This document shows, one piece after another, positions 59,620 to 64,000 of a stretch of 64,000 bases of DNA (position 1 is the first letter of the stretch; each line of letters starts with the position of its first letter). The stretch comes from Mobula hypostoma (Eukaryota). Under the pieces are notes generated by a model. That model had not been told where the DNA came from. It saw nothing but the letters and a program-made list of their open reading frames with translations, and ran no database searches. The DNA lies in the NCBI RefSeq assembly GCF_963921235.1, contig NC_086098.1:5518001-5582000 (forward strand), in the 5' to 3' direction. Position numbers and translations under genes: made by a program.

Positions 59620-62600
59620 ATACACTTCTTTCAGGTCACTCCTCATCCTCCGTTGCTCCAAGGAGAAAAGGTCAAGTTCACTCAACCTATTCTCATAAGA
59701 CACACTCTCCAATCCAGGCAACATCCTTGTAAATCTCCTCTGCACTCTCTCTATAGTATCCACATCCTTCCTGTAGTGAGCTGACCAGAACTGAACACAT
59801 TACTCCAAGTGGGGTCTGACCAAAGTCTTATATAGGTGTTAAATTACCTCACTGCTCTTGAACTTAATCCCACAGTTGATTGAAGCCACCCTTTTACTTC
59901 CTCATTCAGGTCATTTATAAAAATCACAAAGAGGAGGGGTCCCAGAACAGATTTCTGTGGAACACCACCGGTCACCGACCTCCATGCAGAATACGAACCA
60001 TCTACCACCACTCTTTGCCTCCTGTGGGCAAGCCAATACTAGATCCACAAAGCAAAGTCTCCTTGGATCCCATGCCTCCTTAGTTTCTAAAGGAGCCTTG
60101 CATGGGGAACCTTATCAAATGCCCTACTGAAATCCATATACACAACATCCACTGCTTTACTTTCACGAATGTGTTTTGTTACATCCTCAAAGAATTCAAT
60201 CAGGTTCGTAAGGTATGATCGACCCTTGACAAAGCGATGCTGACTATCCCTAATCAGATTATGTCTCTCCAAATGATCATAAACCTTGCCTGTCAGGATC
60301 TTCTCCAACAACTTGCTCATCACTGAAGTAAGAATCACTGGTCTATAATTTACTGCGTTATTTCTGTTCCCTTTCTTGAACAAGGGAACAACTTTTGTTG
60401 AATGCCTTGGGGTTTTCCTTAATCTTGCTCACCAAAGCCTTCTCTTGGCCCCTTCTGGCTCTCCTAATTTCATTCTTAAGCTCCTTCTTGGCAACCTTGT
60501 AATTTTCTAGAGCTCTAACAGTACTTAGTTTCTTGAACCTTTTTAAGCTTTTTTTCTTCTTGACTAGATTTTCTACATCCTTTGTGCACTATGGTTTTTT
60601 TTTTACCCTACCATCCTTTCCCTGCCTCAATGGAACATACCTATGCAGAATGCCATGCAAATATTCCCTGAACATTTGCCACATTGCTGCCGTACATTTC
60701 CCTCAGAATATCTGCTCCGAATCTATGCTCCCAAGTTCCTGCCTAATAGCATCATATTTCCCCCACCCCAATTAAATGTTTCCCTAAATTGTCTGCTCCT
60801 ATCCCTCTTCAACGCTATGGTGAAGGAGATAGAGTTGCGATCACTACCTCCAAAATGCTCTCCTACCGAGAGATTTAACACCTGATCAGGTTCATTTCCT
60901 GATATCAGATCAAGTACAGCCTCTCTTCTAGTTGGCTTGTCTACATATTGTCTCAGGAAACCTTTCTGAACACACCTAACAAACTCCACTCCATCTAAAT
61001 CCTTTCCTCTAAGGAGGTGCCAGTCAATATTAAGAAAGTTAAAATCTCCCATCACAACAACCCAATTATTATTGCATCATTCCAGAATATTCCTGCCTAC
61101 CTGCTCCTCAATATCCCTGTTACCATTGGGGAGGTCTATAAAAACAGTCAGTAGAGTTATTGCAGCTTTCCTGTTTCTGACTTCTACCTACACTGACTCA
61201 GTAGATTATCCCTCCATGACTTCCCTCCTTTTCTGCAGAGGTGACACTATTCTCGATTAGCAATGCCACTTCCCATCTCTTTCGCCCCCTGCCCTGTTGT
61301 TTTTGAAACATCAAAAGCCTGGCGCACTCAGCGGCCATTCCTGCCCCGAGACATCCAGGTCTCTGTAATGGCCACAACATCGTAGTTCCACATATTGATC
61401 CACACGCTAAGTTCTTATTTATGATACTCCTTGCATTAAAATCTCAAACTATCAGGCTGACAGTATCTTTGTTCTATCATCTACCTATGCTTCCTCACAA
61501 ACTCCCTACAAGCTGTCTCAACTTGTGCGCCAACTGCCCCCCCCGCACCCCATCCTCTGCCTCTTCACTTTGGTTCCCACCTCCCTGCAAATCTAGTTTA
61601 AATCCTCCCCAATAGCATTAGCAAACCTCCCTGCCAGGATATTTGACCCATTGGATTCGAGTGCAACCTGTCCTTTTTGTACAGGTCACACCTGCCCCAG
61701 AAGGGGACCCAATTATCCAGAAATCTAAATCCGTGTCCCCCTGCTTCAATCTTTCAGGCATGCATTTATCCACCACCTCATTCTATTCCGATACTCACCT
61801 GTTGCGTGGCACAGGCAGCGATCCCAAGATTACTACCCTTGATGTCCTACTTCTCAGCTTCTTTCCTAAGTCCCTGCATGCTGCTTTCAGGACCTCCACC
61901 CTCCTTCTACCTATGTTATTGGTATCAATATGTACCACGACCTCTGGCTGCTTACCCTCCCATTTCAGGATATTGTGGACGTGTTCAGAAACATCACAAA
62001 CCCTGGCACCTGGGAGGCGCGTTTCTTTCCTGCTCCACAAAATTGTCTATCTCTCCCCTAACTATAGAGTCCCCTGTTACTGCTGCCACCCTCTTCCATT
62101 TCCTAACCTTCTGAGCCACAGGGCCAGACTCAGTGCCTGAGGCATGGCCACATTTGCTTGCCCCAGGTAGGTCATTCCCTCCAACAGTACTCAAAATGGA
62201 GTATTATTGTTAAGGGGGATGGCCACCGGGGTGCTCTCCGCTATCTGATACTCTCCCTTCCCTCTCCAGACAGTCACGCACTTATCTATCTCCTGTGGCC
62301 ACGGTGTGACTACCTGCCTGTAGCTCCTATCGATCACTTCCTCACTTTCCATAACAAGCTGAAGGTCCTCGAGCTTCAGCTCCATTTCCCTAACTCGGTC
62401 TCTAAGGAGCCGACGCTTGATGTATCTGGTGTAGATGTGGCTATTGGAGAGGCTGGAAGTCTCCTGGATATCCCACATCTGACAGCCAGAGTAGAAAACT
62501 GGCCTTGCAATCACACCCACTCTTCTTAAGTTACAGGAAAAAATAGATATGAAAGTAATTTAGAAACATAGAAAACCGACAGCACAATACAGGCCCGTCA

Positions 62601-63090
62601 GCCCACAATGCTGTGCCGAACATATACTTATTTTCGAAATTACCCTCTATTTTTCTAAGCTCCATGTACTCATCTAGGAGTCTCTTAAAAGACCTTATTG
62701 AATCCGCCTCCGCCACCATCGCTGGTAGTCTATTCCATGCACTCACCACTCTCTGTGTAAAAAAAACTTACCCCTGCCAGCTCCTCTGTACCTATCTGCA
62801 AGCTCTTTAAAACTGTGCCCTTGGCGAGGTTATTTAACATCCTCACTGAAGCCCTGATGAGCCAAAGCCCTATTACTCTGACTCACACTACTCCATTGAC
62901 CAATCCACTAGGCAGTGTCTCCCTTTTATCCCGGAACCTTCGCAACAGCCTTGTGCAAATGACGAGCTACTGCGTCTGCGCACACCTCCCAATCAAATCT
63001 CCCGCTGAAAGAAACTCCTCGCATTTTAAATATTCTCAGTGGCCTTGTGCAATGTCAAGCTACTGTGTCTGCACACTTCTCCCATTCAAA
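59620..63090 (-). mobile_element. Decayed CR1 with ORF2 pieces, ORF1 (61610-62520) and 5' UTR (62820-63090), interrupted by a CR1 3' end (62560-62820)
   Basis: GCQMWD, MELKLEDLQL, GDSIVRG, HIDTNN; 5' UTR homologous to 18847-18915. Confidence 0.88.
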
Positions 63091-63330
63091 GATCAGCAGT
63101 TTCTGAGATACTCAAATCACCGCATATGGTACCAACAATCATTCCACAGTCAACGGCACTTAAATCATATTTATTCCCCGTTCTGATGTTTGGTCTGAAC
63201 AACAACTTAACCTCTTGACCATGTCTGAATGCTTTTTTTGCATTGAATTCCTGCCACATGATTGGCTGATTAGATACTTACATTAATGAACAGGAGTGTA
63301 CAGGCGTACCTAATAGTGTAGACACTGAAA
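63090..63330. mobile_element. Tc1-like non-autonomous remnant, terminal part
   Basis: Homologous to 47810-48030. Confidence 0.65.
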
Positions 63331-63892
63331 TTCAATTAATTACAAAATTAACTATGTATTCTAAAGCATTTACTTGCCACATTTTCTTTGGAGGTTGTTT
63401 CATTGTTTTCTGGTGATCTTAGAACAATAATTTACTGGATTGTTGGCCTGTCAGGTAAGTCATATTAAAATAATAGAGATTGCAACCTGTAAAGCGTTTT
63501 ATTACTCCACACTATATTGTTGAAATGTGGCGAGTTTGTAACATTATTGACATGTACAGATTCTTGTCAGTAAATTTAAAATCATTAAATGTGCCTTTTC
63601 CCCCCATTTTATGTGTTATGTTCACAACTAGCACTGACAAGTTTTATATAAGTAATTGAAGCTGTCAGAGTAAGTAACTAATAGTCAAGAATTCAATTCT
63701 CTCCACTAACATTTTCTCCTTTTCTGTCCTGAAGCTATTGACTTACAGCAAAGTATGGTTCCCATCATACTTCATCAAATTGACTCTTCTTTTTGTGCAG
63801 CCTGCTTACACATTTTGGCAAATTATTCAGCCAATGCCGATTTTGCCTGAGGTTCACATTACAGCAGTCCAATGTACTCGTGCATGGATTTC

Positions 63893-63955
63893 CATAGAGC
63901 ACCGAACATAGAACACCGCAGAGAAGTACAGGCTCTTCGGCCGACAAAGTTTTGC
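63893..63955 (-). mobile_element. Degraded CR1 tail
   Basis: GAACATAGAACA..TACAGGCTCTTCGGCCGACAA resembles CR1 3' hairpin and tail. Confidence 0.5.
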
Positions 63956-64000
63956 CGTCCTTTTAGCAATCATTGAGAATATCTACAAAGAGCACTGACA

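Noticed and set aside
62850..62872. CTGATGAG hammerhead-like core
   Set aside because: No GAAA or stems follow; it lies in the antisense of a CR1 5' UTR
63742..63895. Minus-strand exon ending at a GTAAGT donor
   Set aside because: No convincing acceptor or recognisable open frame; the listed ORF starts in a CR1 tail relic

Overview
Vertebrate genomic DNA, most likely from a cartilaginous fish (shark or ray). This is inferred from the mix of HER1/CR1-type LINEs, HE1/V-SINE-type SINEs and Penelope-like elements. The window is dominated by retrotransposon remnants, and no host protein-coding exon can be supported with confidence; all long ORFs are LINE or Penelope ORFs or their antisense shadows. 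Content: several CR1 subfamilies with different 3' microsatellite tails (two near full length with ORF1), Rex1/Babar-type LINEs, one RTE fragment, V-SINEs, Tc1-like MITE remnants, a 36-bp minisatellite, and one RT + GIY-YIG Penelope-like element (PLE) with many pLTR derivatives. The most notable signals are RNA-structural: (i) minimal type I hammerhead ribozyme motifs in PLE pLTRs, including short fold-back mini-elements whose breakpoints cluster at the hammerhead core; (ii) a candidate HDV-like ribozyme fold at about 23.03-23.12 kb followed by a second HDV-like core; (iii) an unassigned ~0.8-kb non-coding mobile element with a Rex1-like tail. Insertions are nested up to four levels deep, with visible target-site duplications (TSDs), inversions and template switches. 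Boundaries of old repeats are approximate (tens of bp), and family names come from motif recognition, not database searches.
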